Shown one piece after another: positions 11,266-23,786 of a DNA stretch of 64,000 nt (position 1 is the stretch's first letter; every line of letters begins with the position of its first letter). This DNA is from Hypanus sabinus (Eukaryota), in assembly GCF_030144855.1 (NCBI RefSeq), contig NC_082711.1:175522001-175586000 (forward strand), in the 5' to 3' direction. The notes under the pieces were generated by a model. The model did no database searches, had not been told where the DNA came from, and saw only the letters and a program-made list of their open reading frames with translations. A program made the position numbers and the translations under genes.

Positions 11266-13960
11266 TTAAAGTTCAAATTTAATTTTATTATCAGAGTACA
11301 TACCTGTCATCACATACAGTGGTGCTATAGAGTTTGTGAACCCTGTAGGATTTTCTCCATTTCTACATAACTGTGGCGTAAAATGTGATCAGATTTTCAC
11401 ACAAGCCCTTAAACTAGATAGAGAACTCATTTAAATAAATATTATATAATATATAAAACATTATATGTTCATTTATTTATTGAGAAAATGATCCATTATT
11501 ACATGTATTTGTTGAAAAAAGTATGTGAACCTTTGTTTTCAGTAACTGGTGTGACCCGCTTGGACAGCAATAACTTCAACCAAACTTTTCCGATAACTGT
11601 TTATCAGCCCTGCACATCAGCTTGGAGGAGTTTTAGGCCACTTCTCCTTATAAAACTGCTTCAACTCTGGGATGTTGGTGGGCATCCTTATGTGAACTGC
11701 TTGCTTTAGGTCCTTCCACAACATCTCCGTAGGAGTAAGGTCAGGATTTTGACTTGGCAATTCCAGAACACTAATTTTCTTTTTAAACCAGTCTGTTGTT
11801 GATTTATTCTTGATTTTTGGATCATTGTCTTGTTGCATTATCCAACTTCTATTAAACTTCTGGTGATGCACTGCTACACTGACATAAAATGTCTTGATAA
11901 AATTTTGAATTCATTGTTCCCTTAAGCTGTCTATCCAGGCCCTGCGGCAGCAAAGCAGCCCCAAACCATGAGGCTCCTTCCACCATACTTGACAGTTCTG
12001 ATGAAATGTTGTTGTGTGTAGTGCTGTTTTTCCTCCAAACATAGTAATGTGCATTGCTGCCAAAAAGTTCAACCTTTGTCTCATCTGTGCATAGAACATT
12101 GTCCCAGAAGTGTTGCAGAGCATTCGGGTGGACTTCTGCAAACTTATGACGTGCAGCAGTTTATTTATTTTGGAGAACAGTGGTGTCCTCTTGTTCAGTG
12201 TTTTTCTTATAGTGGGCACATGAACAAAGACTTTGGCAAGTTCTAGAGATTTCTGCAAGTCTTTTGCTACTATCCTTGGGTTCTTTTTCACTTCCTTCAG
12301 CATTACACCTTGTGGTCTTGGTGTGATGCCCACTGCTAGGGAGAGTAGCAACAGTACTGTAGACAATTTCTCTCACTGTGGACTGATGGAACTTGATGTA
12401 GCTCCACAATTCTTCCAAGATTCTCTGAAAGTTATTTTGATCAAGGCTGGTGCATATAAAGAAATCTTTCTTGAGAAGAGCAGGCTCTCTCAGTAACCTA
12501 ATTTTGTGTGTCTCTTTTTATGGGGCAAGGCACCCCTACAACCCACACCTTCAATCTCATCTCATTGATTGGAACACCCAACTCCAAATACCTTTTATAG
12601 AAGGCATTATTCCAGAGTTCACATACTTTTTCCAACAAATATATGTAATATTGGATCATCCTTCCAATTAATCAATCAATAAATAATGATTTTTGTTATT
12701 TATTTAATTTGGTCCCGTTTATGTAGTTCTAGGATTTAAATGAAGATCTGATCATCTTTGAGGTCACAATTATGCAGAAATAGAGGAAATTCTACAGGTT
12801 TCACAGCTTACTAGCACCGCTGTACAACCCTGAGATTCTTTTTCTGTGGGCATACTTAACAAATCCATAGAACGGAAACTGTAAACTGTGCAAATGCAGG
12901 ATATAAATAATTAGCACTAAATAACAAGCATGTAATGATAATATAACAGAGTTCTCAAACCAGTGTAGCTATCCCCTTTTGTTCAAGAGCCTGATGGTTG
13001 AGGGATAGTAACTGTTCTTGAACCTGCTGGTGGAAGTTCTAAGGCACCAGTACCACCTTCCTTATGGCAGCAGCGAGAAAACAGTATGGCCAAGGTGGTG
13101 ATGATCTTTGATTGATGCTGCTTTTCAATGGCAATGTCTCCTGTAGATGTTCTCAATGATTGGGAGGGTTTTGCCCGTGATGTACTGAGTCAATCCACTA
13201 TCATTTATTGGATTTTTCATACTGGTGTTCCCATACTAGGCCATAATGCAGCCAGTCAGCACATTTTCCACCACACTTCTATAGAAGTTTGTCAAGAATT
13301 TCGAAGACATGCTGAATTTCCGCAGACTCCTGAGAATGTAGAGGTGCTCTCATGCTTTCTTTGTGATATTTATATGATGGTCCAGGACAGGTCCTTTGAG
13401 ATGGTGACACCCAAGAATTTAAAGTTACTGACCCTCTCCACCTCTGATCCTCCGATGATTACTGGCTTATGGACCTCTGGTTTTCCTCTCCTGAAGTCTA
13501 TAATCAATTCCTTGATCTTATTGACATTGAGTGAGAGATCTTCAGTCTCCTTCCTGTATGCTGATTCACCACTCCCTTTGATACAGCACACAACAGTGGT
13601 GTCATCAGCAAACTTGTACGTGGTATCGAAGGTGTACGTAGCCATACAGTCAGAGGTGTAAAGTGAGTGGAGCAGGGGGCTAAGTACACATCCCTGTGGT
13701 GCTCCTGTACTGATGGAGATTGTGGAGGAGATGCTTTTGTCAATCCAAACTGACTGGGGTGTACATGTGAGGAAATCCAGGATCCAATTGCACAAAGAGT
13801 TATTGAGTCCCAGGTTTTGGAGTTTACTGATTAATTTTGAGGAGATGATGGTGTTAAATGCTGAGCTGTAATCGATAAAGAGCATCCAGATGTTCCAGCA
13901 TTGTGTGAAGAGCCAACAAGATAGCATCTGCTGCAGACCAGTTGCTTTGGTAGTTGCCAT
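11266..13960 (-). mobile_element. Rex1/Babar-like LINE 3' part, interrupted by a Tc1
   Basis: [36 protein letters not shown]; 3' tail matches 54935-55010. Confidence 0.87.
11317..12822 (-). mobile_element. Tc1-like transposon (family B), decayed
   Basis: TA + CAGTGGTGCTA ... TAGCACCGCTG + TA; WIMQQDNDPK...SQNPDLTPTEMLW. Confidence 0.9.
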
Positions 13961-14856
13961 TCAGACAGGAGCTGATATGCTTCAGTGCCAGCCTCTGAGA
14001 ATGCCTTGTACATTTGCATAAAAATGAAAAGCTGAAAATTCATACAAAAATTTTGTGAGTTTAGTATTCTGCCTCATTAAATTATCTCTGTTCACATGAA
14101 GGCATTTACATTCAAATCACAAGTAACTGGCATCTGAAATGAAGCAAAAAAATCTGAAAAATACCCAATAGGTCAAGCAGCATCTCTGGAGAGACAGAGT
14201 TAACATTTCAGATTGATGATTTTTCATCAAGTCTGTTGTGAAAATTCATCAATCTGAATTCATCACAGATGCTTCCTGCCCTTTAAGTATTTTCTAGCAT
14301 TTTTTTTTTGTTTTTAGTTTAGACTTCCCAGATCTATAGCTTTTTTCAAATAAATCACAGTATTTGGAGCTGCATCCATTCTTGTTTTTGCTGTTGTCTA
14401 TAAATAGAAATTTGAGTGAGGCCTAGTTGATTGTAACTGGGAACAGGAACCCCTAGTTTTTATTACTTCTCTGCCATTTTATGTACTATAAGCTGAGCAG
14501 GACCATGCTGGATCCTGAATTTGCTCAACATGATTTCCACTGATTAAATTTATTTTTGGGGATCTTGATTTGACACCTTTTATTGTTTACGGGAGATTTG
14601 GATGCATTCAAGTATAGGTTAATATCTACAATTATATCCCAGATTTAATTTGGTTTATAGTATTCTTCTCTTGTTGCCTGAAGTTTACGGTTTCAAGTTG
14701 CATTCCAATATGAAACTCTAGGCTGAAATTCTAATGTAGTTAAGTGTGCTTACTTTCAAATGAAATGTTCAACCACATAGATCTAAAATAGAGGCCATTG
14801 CTATTGTCATTGCATTTAGTTCACTTTATTGAAAGAGGTTACAGTCATTGCTACAT

Positions 14857-15010
14857 CAAGACATACAAACAAGCTGGATCTACTCAGCAGGTCGGGCAGC
14901 ATCCGTTGACTGCTCATTTCAGTGGATGCTGCCCGACCTGCTGAGTTGATCCAGCTTGTTTGTACATCTTGATTTGACCCACAGCATCTGCAGAGTACTT
15001 TGTGTTTACT
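14857..15010. mobile_element. Penelope-terminal-repeat-derived hairpin insert
   Basis: 41-bp inverted arms (14864-14904 / 14924-14964); 14-bp direct repeat AGTCATTGCTACAT at 14843 and 15011. Confidence 0.8.
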
Positions 15011-15230
15011 AGTCATTGCTACATAATTGTTTTTTTGGAAAAATGCCATATTTCCTCCAATACAACAATGACTATACTTCAGGAAAAACTTCATCAACTA
15101 TAAGGCAACGGGATGCCCTTGAAAGACACTGTTTCATGTTTATTTTTGCTTTTGCATGGAACAGAGAAAGGAATGTCATGTAAACCTGAAATATTAAGAT
15201 GTTGGAAAAAGATTTGTAGCTTGGGTTGAG

Positions 15231-16196
15231 GATGTTGTTGTTGAGTGCCTTGCCGAGCTGTCTTGTTAGCTTGTAGACATTTCATTAGCCAGCTAGGCAA
15301 CAACAGTGCAACTTCAATGTTGGTGATCTGCATTGTTTGTCTTTTATATGTCCTGTGATTAGTCTGTTTGTGTGTTTGTATGGGTTTCTATTGGTTACTG
15401 ATTATATACCGTAGACGGGCTTGGCCTAGAATAGTGACATTGGTCCAGTCGAGTTGATGTGCTTCGCTGTCAGAGTGTATAGATACAAGGGAAAGTTGAC
15501 CATCACTGTTTACAGCCAGTTGGTGTTCATGTACCCTTGTTGATCGCTTCCTGCCGGTCTGTCCAATATAATGCTTGTTGCAGTTGGTGCATGGAATTTT
15601 GTATATGCTATTCTTTCACTGCGTCATCAGTAGGGAGTCTTTTATTCTTGATAGACATTGGCGTAGTGTGGCTGTAAGTTAATGTGCTACTGTGACGTCA
15701 AATATCTATACATTGTGACAGCGAAGCACATCAATTCAACTGGACCAGTGTCCAAGCCCATAAAGAACAAGCCCGAGAATTCTTAGAGGCTTTGTCCTCC
15801 ACACAGAATTCTATCAGCAAGCACATTGAAATGAACCCAGCTTGCATCCCACTTCAGTGACAAATCGTCAGTCTAGAGCCAAGAGCCAATTCACACCTGA
15901 TGACACACATCAATCAATGAGGACAATGTTAATCCTACATAATGGTCAACTAACACAGCCTGGACAACAGTGATCACCTAATCGGATTTTAATGAACTAA
16001 TCACCGATTATATAATCAGTAACCAATAGAACTGGCAGATATACCCACACACACACAAACGGACTAATCACAGGACACATAAAAGACAATGTAGATCACC
16101 AATATTTCATTTGAAGATGCACTGATGATATTGTCTAGCTGGGTAATGAAATGTCTGCAAGCTAACAAGCCAGCTCAGTGAGCCACTCAACAACAT
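15231..16196. mobile_element. Penelope-like element (family A) with inverted terminal copies
   Basis: GIY-YIG remnant AYKIPCTNCNKHYIGQTGRKRSTRVHEH on - (about 15520-15610); about 15231-15415 is the inverted copy of about 16005-16196. Confidence 0.85.
16118..16159 (+). ncRNA. Minimal hammerhead ribozyme motif (decayed) in a Penelope terminal repeat
   Basis: tgca-CTGATGA-(t attgtctag/ctgggtaat stem II)-GAAAt-GTC-tgca; one C>T in the core, consistent with CpG decay. Confidence 0.7.
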
Positions 16197-16339
16197 ATTA
16201 TCAGTTTCTTAAGTAACTTTCAGGTTGCTATGCAATTCTGTAGAATATACATTCAAAACGATGGAGAAAAAAACAGGAAAAAATGTTCTTTGATTTCCAG
16301 TCCAGATTTGTCTTTCATGTCGGTCTTTGTTTTCTTCAG

Positions 16340-16498
16340 ACTGGAGTTGCTTGCTTGGTCGTCGTACTTTGCAGTCCCTCAGCCGGCACTTAAAGGACAC
16401 ATGTAAGATGTGCGGTATTTCTGCAGCTGATTCTCCAAGCATCCTTAGTGCTTGCTTGGTTGCGATGGAGCCACAGGGATCGTTTGTGATCATGCCTG
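16340..16498 (+). CDS. MED13: MED13 coding exon
   Basis: ttcAG|AC...G|GTaagg; [53 protein letters not shown] (DWSCLL is MED13-type rather than MED13L-type). Confidence 0.96.
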
Positions 16499-19400
16499 GT
16501 AAGGATTGTTCAGAATGTATTAAAATAAGAATGCATTGTTAATGATCAGTTTGCAGATGTTAAGTGGTGTATAAGTGATGTTGCTGTAATTTTATTTAGG
16601 TATGATTTGTGATTAACCTGCTGAAGAATCTAAATAGAACCTGTCCTTTCATCTTGGGTCTTTTTATTTTGTAGGCTTTGGTGTTGTCTCTTTAGGGAGT
16701 ATAAGGTTAAACCTGACTACAGAAGTGATGAGGGTAATTATAGATTGCAGGGATTGGTGAGTGTTCAATATGGAAACAGACAGTCTTGGTCTTTTGGAGG
16801 GTTGTTGGCAAGATCACTGGAGCAAATAGCACTGATTTAAAAAGAGATTAAAGATCAACTTTGTCTCACAAACATCAAAACATAGAGTGACGTGTCATTT
16901 CTTTCAGTGATTAATCCAGACCAAGGGCATGTTTGGAGCAGTCTACAAGCGTTGCCCTGCTTTCAGCACCAACATAAACATGACCACAACTTCCTAACCC
17001 CAACAGTACACGTTTGGAATGTTGGAAGGGACTGGAGCACCGGAGGAAGCCTGTACAGTTATGAGGAGAACAGTATTGTTGCAGGAATTCCTTTGGTAGT
17101 ATTCTAAGCATAACATCTTCAGCTGCTTTAGTAATGACCTTCCATCCTCTGGTGTAGAACGGTGGTGTTTGCTAATGATTACACAATATTTAATTCTATT
17201 TATAAGTCTGAAAATGAAGCAGTCTCTGCCTACATGCAACGAGACCTAAACATTTCAAGTCTGAGATGTTAAGCAGCAAGTAACATTCATGCCACTGCAG
17301 TGATGGTCAATGGCTATCTCTAAAACTTGAGTGTTTTGCCACCCATCCATTATTTGCATCGAGAATACCGTTACGGACTCTCTTCCCATCAAGATCATGT
17401 GTGTCATTATTGATCAGAGATTCGTCTGGACAATAATAGGACTTGTGGACATCAGTGCAAATCAGAGGAGAATTATTTTGTGGTGAATGTCTTCCCAACA
17501 CAGTGCAAAGGCTTTCATCCATTTGCAAGTCACAAGTCAGAAGTGTAATAAAATATTTCTTTCTTTCTTGGAAGAGGGCAGCTCAAAAAAATGCCCAAAA
17601 TGTTTTCATTGCTCGAGTGGGACAAGTTTAAAGGTGATGTGAGGGGCAAGTTATTTACACAAATTGATACCTGCTTGGAATAAGTTCCCAGTGGAAGCAG
17701 AAGTTTGGAGTTTAAGGTCTTTTAGATAGGCACATGAATATGGAGGGATATGGATGATACATAGCAGGAGGACTTGTGTTGGCATCAAGACCGGCACAAC
17801 TCCATCCAGGAGAAAGCAGTCCACTGAATTGATATTCTCTTCACCACTCTAAATTTTCAGTGAACTTCATCACTGCTGCACTGTGTACTGTTTATAAAAC
17901 GCACTACAGTTAGTCTGTCCTATTCTCAAGTATTGCAGCCTCTGCCTCGAGGACAAGAGCAGTTGTACTAAGATGCACTGAAAAGCTTGTCTTGCATACT
18001 GTTCATACAGTATGCTGAAGCAGAACAAGGTAAAACAATTAAAGAATGCAGAATAAAGTGTAACAGCTACAGAGAAAGTGCATTGCAAGTAAACAGTAAG
18101 ATGCAAACTTATACGAGGTAGATTATGAGGTGAAAAGTCCATCTTAATGTACTAGGGAACCATTCAGTAGTTTTGTGATAGTGAGGTAAAAGTTGTACTT
18201 AAGACTCGATTGCATTTGCATCTATCCCTACAAGTGATTTCTCATCCTGACTGGGGAATGGTCCTTCAAAGTTGTTGGGCCTAAATCCATTAGAAAGGAA
18301 TTGGAAAGATGTTCGAGATTAAGAAGGATTGAACTTCCAAAGATCTGGCACAGCCAAACACCTTTGTACAATTACCAAATTTTGCAGTTGGAATATGTCT
18401 GCAGGGTAGTTAATCCAATGTATTGTTGCTCAAGTTAATCAATTACAGGTTTAAGGTAATAAGAAGCTGAGAGGGCAACTTTTCCACCCAGAGAGGGGCA
18501 AATGTATGGAATGAACTGCAGAGAAAGTGGCTGAGGCTGATACATTAACAACATTTAAAAAGGCACTAGGACATGTACATGGGCAGGAAAGGTCTACAGG
18601 GATATGGGTCAAACCCAAGAAAATGAAACTCACTGAGATGGGAATCTTGGTCAACACGGGCCATTTGGGCTGAAGGACCTGTGTCCATGCCCTGTGTGTG
18701 TAGAGAGAGAGAGAGAGATAGCTACATCTCCCTCAGCATTATTAGATTATTGATGGAAGTATGACTGCATTAATAGTGCATAAATAATCCATGGATACAG
18801 TTGGATAAATTTCTTCATTTCTGAGCGATTGTATTTCCATATGTCCTGCTTCTATGTGTTTGTTTGGATCAATTATAGAGTGGCACTAAAGCAACTGAGT
18901 GAATAACAGGAGGTTCCTGTGACCACACTCCTGTTAAGGAGTGAGAATATGAAAGAGCCAAGAGTCTAAATTTATTATGTACTATAAATAGATATGTTTG
19001 AGAAATAGCTAGTATTATAGAACACAGCTTGTTGTCAAAACATTTCAATATTGTTTCCCAAATTAATTTTTGAAATGCAGTGACTATTAATGGAATCGAC
19101 CTTTATAATTATCTGGGATGCTGGGATTGACCTGACTGGCAGTTTTTTTGATGGTTAGGGATGAACGTTGACCAGAGTACAAGGAGATTTCACTACTCTT
19201 TCAAATGACACCACAGAATTTTGAAAGTTATTTATGGTACATTAACTTGAGTGCATAATTTGCTAGTTGTTGTATTTTTAGCCTGGGTAATTAAAACCAG
19301 CAGTTCAAGAAGTATTTCAAGTCTGAGAGGTAAGTATATTGCAAATCTCTGCAAGCTATCAGGAAATCACATTTTTCTTTTTTGAAGTACTGTTATGAAT

Positions 19401-19563
19401 CAAATGAATTAATTCATTCCATTGAAAAGGTGAAAGATAATTAGAACTGAAGGTCAGTTCTTATCCTGAAGCCATTAGGAATAATGTTACTAACTGCTGA
19501 AACTTAACAGGAAACTTTCTAAATGTTAATCTAAGAAACTACGGATGTTTTCTGTTTCTGTAG

Positions 19564-19722
19564 ACTCTGTGTCCGTGGGATCCGTGTTTGGCCGTGGCAC
19601 ATCTCTCAACATGCAGACATCACAGCTGAGCACACCGCAGGATACGTCGTGCACACATATTCTGGTGTTCCCCACTTCGGCAATGGTGCAGGTGCAAACT
19701 GGGAACTACGAAATAAATGTCG
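19564..19722 (+). CDS. MED13: MED13 coding exon
   Basis: tgtAG|AC...G|GTtagt; [53 protein letters not shown]. Confidence 0.93.
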
Positions 19723-20624
19723 GTTAGTGCTGCCTGTCTGTGCATTAGCAGGTCTTTTGTTTAATTGGCCTGTAATTTCTCGTTCTTGTTTTTGTTTTGT
19801 TGGCTTATGTTTTGTATCTTTTCGATTGGGTGGTAGCTTGATTGATCAGTCAGTTGCTTTAAAAATGAAAATTAGGGTAGGTTTTTTGTTTTTAAATGAT
19901 TCATTAACCTAATTGGTAACAGAGCTGAATAAATTCAGGAAACCCCTGGATTCAGAGCCTGATTCTTGTTATCTCATCTAGGGTAATTGTAGGCATGCTA
20001 TACAAGGTATGGGGTGAAAAAGAACAGAACAAGATACTGCTGGTGCTAGAATCTGAAGCAACAAACAACCTGCAACCTGCAGTGGGTTGAGCAGCATGAA
20101 GTGAAGGAATTGTTGATGTTTCAAGTCAGAATGTCCTAATGCAGGCTTTTGATTCAAAAAGTTCAAGATTTCTCTCCCATAGATACTGCCTAACCCTCTG
20201 AATTTCCCTGGAGGATTGTTTGTTTCTCCAGAACTCTTGTTAAGTTCATTACCATTGGTTAGAAGCTCTTGAAGATCAGCTAGATTTCTTTTCTTACTAG
20301 CAGTATGCGTGAGTTCAGGTTGTGTGATTTTTCTGGTGTACACAACTGAAGAGTAATAGTTACACAGGAGTGAATATTGTACACATCACTGAAAATCTAT
20401 AGTGAGTATCATAACAGGGAAAACCTTTAATGTTAAGCATTAAACACACCAGGCCATAGTTGTACTCCTCAGATGAAGCAGAGTGTGTTATTTCAGTCTA
20501 ACATGGGATAAGTATAAAATAACGGTCACTTTTTCTAAAGTTCAGAGATTCTACAGGTGCTGGAAATCTTGAGCAATATATACAAAGTGCTGGAGGAACT
20601 CAGGTCAGGCAGCATCTATGAGAC

Positions 20625-20880
20625 GGCAGGCTGGTGTGCTGATTAGCACAATGCAGGTGATCAGAGCTCAATTCCTGATGCTCCCTGTAAGGAGTTTGTA
20701 TATTCTCCGTTTCCTTCGGTTGCTCCGGTTTCCTGCCACTGTCCAAAGAACTACTGGTTAATTGGTCATTGGAAATGGTCCCATGGTAAGGCTAGGGTGA
20801 AATTGGGAGTTGCTGGGCGGTGTGGCTCGAAGCGTCAGAAGGGTCTGTTCCACACTGTATCCCTATAAATAAACAAATAA
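20625..20880 (+). mobile_element. tRNA-derived V-SINE-like element
   Basis: V-core-like tgctccggtttcctgccactgtccaaaga; similar copies at about 24070-24285, 27177-27460, 16870-17110 (-) and 46060-46200 (-). Confidence 0.7.
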
Positions 20881-20904
20881 GCAGGGAATAAACAGTCGAT
20901 ATTT

Positions 20905-23019
20905 ACATAAGGCATAGGAGCAGAATTAGGCCATTTGGCCCATCAAGTCTGCTTTGCCTTTCAATCATGATGGATCCTTATTTCTCAGCCCTGGCCTTCT
21001 CCCTGTAACCTTTGATACTGTGGCCAATCAAGAACCTGTCAATCTCTGCCTTAAATACACCCAATGACCTGGCCTCCACAGTTGCCTGTGGTAACAAATT
21101 CCACAGATTTACCACCCTCTGGCTAAAGAAAATTCGCTGCATCTGTTTTAAATGGATGCCCCTTGGTTTTGAGGCTGTGCCCTCTTCTCCCAGACTCCTC
21201 CCCCCCCCCCCCCCCCCCCAACCATAGGAAGCATCTTTTAAACATCCTTTCCACCTCTACTTTGGTCTTGGCCTTTCTTCATTCGAAAGGTTTCAATAAA
21301 ATCCCCCCTCATCTTTCTAAATTCCAGTGAGTACAGGCCTAGAGCCATACAGGTTTCCACATGAGGGTTACCTCATATGGTAACCCTTTCTTTCATTCCT
21401 GGAATCATCCTTGTGAACCTCCTCTGAACCCTCTCCAGTGCCAGCACATCTTTTAGAAAAAGGAACCCAAAATACTCGAGGTGTATACTGTTCATAATAC
21501 TTGAGGTGAGGCCTCACTAATGCTTTATAAAACTTCAGAATCACATCTCAGCTTTTGTATTTTGATCTCTTGAAATGAATGTTAACATTGCACTTGCCTT
21601 CCTCACCATCAATTCAGTCTGCAAGCTAACTCTTAGGGTGTTCTGTACAAGGACTCCCCAATCCTTTTGTATCTCAGGTGTTTGGATTTTATTCCCGTTT
21701 AGAAAATAGTCTGCATGTTTTGTTTTCTACCAATGTGCATGATCAATTTTCCAACATTGTATTTCATCTGCCACTTTCTTGCCCATTCTGCTAATCTGTC
21801 TTTCTATAGCCTTCCTGTTTCCTCAACACTATCTGCCCTTACACCAATCTTCGTGTCATCTGCAAACTTGGCAATAAAGCTATCTATTTCATCATCTAAA
21901 TCATTGATATACAACATAAAAGTGGTCCAAACACCAACCCCTGTGGAACATCACTGGCAGCCAAGCAGAAAAGGATCCTTTTATTCCCACTCACTGCCTT
22001 TTACCAATCAGCCCTTGCTAGTAACTTTCCTGTAATACCATGGGCTCTTAACTTGGTAAGCAGCCTCATATGTGACACCTTGTCAGAGGCCTTCTGAAAA
22101 TCCAGATATACAACATCCCCTTTATCCTATTTGTAATCTCCTTAAGGAATTCCAACAGATTTGTCAGGCAAAAATTTCCCTTAAGGAAGCCATGCTGATT
22201 TTTGTGTCGCCAAGTACTCCATAAGCTCATCCTTAACAATTGACTCTAATATCTTCCCACCCACTGAGGTCAGGCTAACTGGTTGTATAATATCCTTTCT
22301 GCTGCCTCCCTCTTCTTTTCAAGAGTGGAGTGACATTTGCAATTTTCCAGTCCTCTGGAACCATGTCAGAGTTCAATGATTTTTGAAAGATCAATACTAA
22401 TGCCTCTGCAATCTCTACCGCTACCTTTCAGAGCCCTAGTGTACAGTTCATCTGGTCCAGGTGACTTATGTACCCTTAGGTCTTTCAGCTTTTTGAGTAC
22501 CTTCTCCCTTGTGATAGTAACTGCGCTCACTTCTCTTCTGTCACACCCTTCAACACCTGACACACTGCTAATCTCTTCCACAGTGAGGACTGATGGAAAA
22601 TACTGATTTAGTTCATCTGCTATCTGCTTGTCCCATTATTATTTTGCCGGTCTCATTTTCTATTGGTCTTGTATCTACTCTGATTTCTTATTAATACTTG
22701 GAAAAGTTTTTCCTGCTCCACCTTGATATTGTTTGCTAGCTTGCTTTCATAATTCATCGTTTTCTTCCTAGTGATTCTTTTAGTTGCTTTCTTTAGGTTT
22801 TTAAAATCTTCCCAATCCTCTACCTTCCTGTTAATTTTTGCTTTGTTATATGCCTCCTCCTTTGCTTTTACATTAGCATTGACTCTCCTTGTCAGCCACG
22901 GTAGTACTATTTTGCCATTTAATTCTTTGTTTTGGGAATACATCTATCCTGTACCTTCCTCATTTTTCCCAGAAACTCGAGCCAGTTTTTTCTCTGCCAG
23001 CATCTCCTTCCAATTTCCA
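20905..23019 (-). mobile_element. CR1-type LINE, about 2.1-kb 3' portion
   Basis: KSPGPDELYTRALK, LPWLTRRVNANVKAKE, CR1 3' tail. Confidence 0.9.
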
Positions 23020-23048
23020 GTTTCGGGCTGAGACCCTTCATCAGGACT
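23020..23048 (-). ncRNA. Hammerhead core (family B), truncated by the CR1 insertion
   Basis: Reverse complement reads agtc-CTGATGA-a-GGGTctcaGCCC-GAAAC. Confidence 0.72.
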
Positions 23049-23658
23049 CTTTAGAAGGAATCAGTTTTTTTTTTCCTGTAGGCACACTCTCCCAGCTCAA
23101 AGGACTTGGAACTTTCAGTGAATTGACTTGCTAAGTTTACTTCAGCATTTTGTGTGGATTGCTGTTTCTAATGCCAAGAATCCAGAGTGATTGATTAATT
23201 CACTGACTTGTAAACTTTCTCTTATGGTTACTCAAATTCAGTAATGGAGAAAAACAGGAAATTCTGGAAAAAAAATTCAGGTCAAGCAGCGTATGTGGAT
23301 AGGGAACTAGTAAATGTTTTAGATTGATGCTGTTTGTCAGAATTCTGAACAGGAGTTCTTTGACCTGCAAAATTAACTTTCTCTTTTCACAGCTGCTTCC
23401 TGACCTGAACATTTTGGGGGGTTTTGTTTTTGGGTTTGCAGTCTTTTTTAAATTTTCATTCAAGTTTGGTTGGTCTCACAAGGAATTGTGGGCTGACAGC
23501 ACTAGAAGTGGCTGAGGGTGAATGATGGGAGTGGGCTGCAGAGCAGTGGAAGACCAGTTCCTTGGTCTAATACGGTGTTGATTGCCATGTTAGAAGGGGA
23601 AATTTTGTTTTTGAAAAATTATGTTCTGCTTTTCTTATGATTTCATTTTGTTTTTCAG

Positions 23659-23786
23659 AGGAATTTGGTATTTTTGAATTATTGGACCCAGATGATGATC
23701 TAATAATAAACTTGCCAGCATCTCCACCCACACCACCGGCACATTCACCAGGCTCTCATTATCCACATGGTGGTGATACTAGCAAG
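23659..23786 (+). CDS. MED13: MED13 coding exon
   Basis: tttcAG|AG...AAG|GTaatg; [43 protein letters not shown] ([12 protein letters not shown] is MED13-type). Confidence 0.93.

Larger units (their letters stand above)
20546..23170. mobile_element. Penelope family-B terminal-repeat element split by a V-SINE and a CR1
   Basis: Left arm gctggaggaactcaggtcaggcagcatctatg; aaacagtcgat at about 20890 resumes as gtttcgggctgagacccttcatcaggact at 23020. Confidence 0.7.

Noticed and set aside
23721-23750. SPPTPPAHS as an Fbw7 phosphodegron
   Set aside because: The second phospho-acceptor is at +5 from the Thr, not the canonical +4
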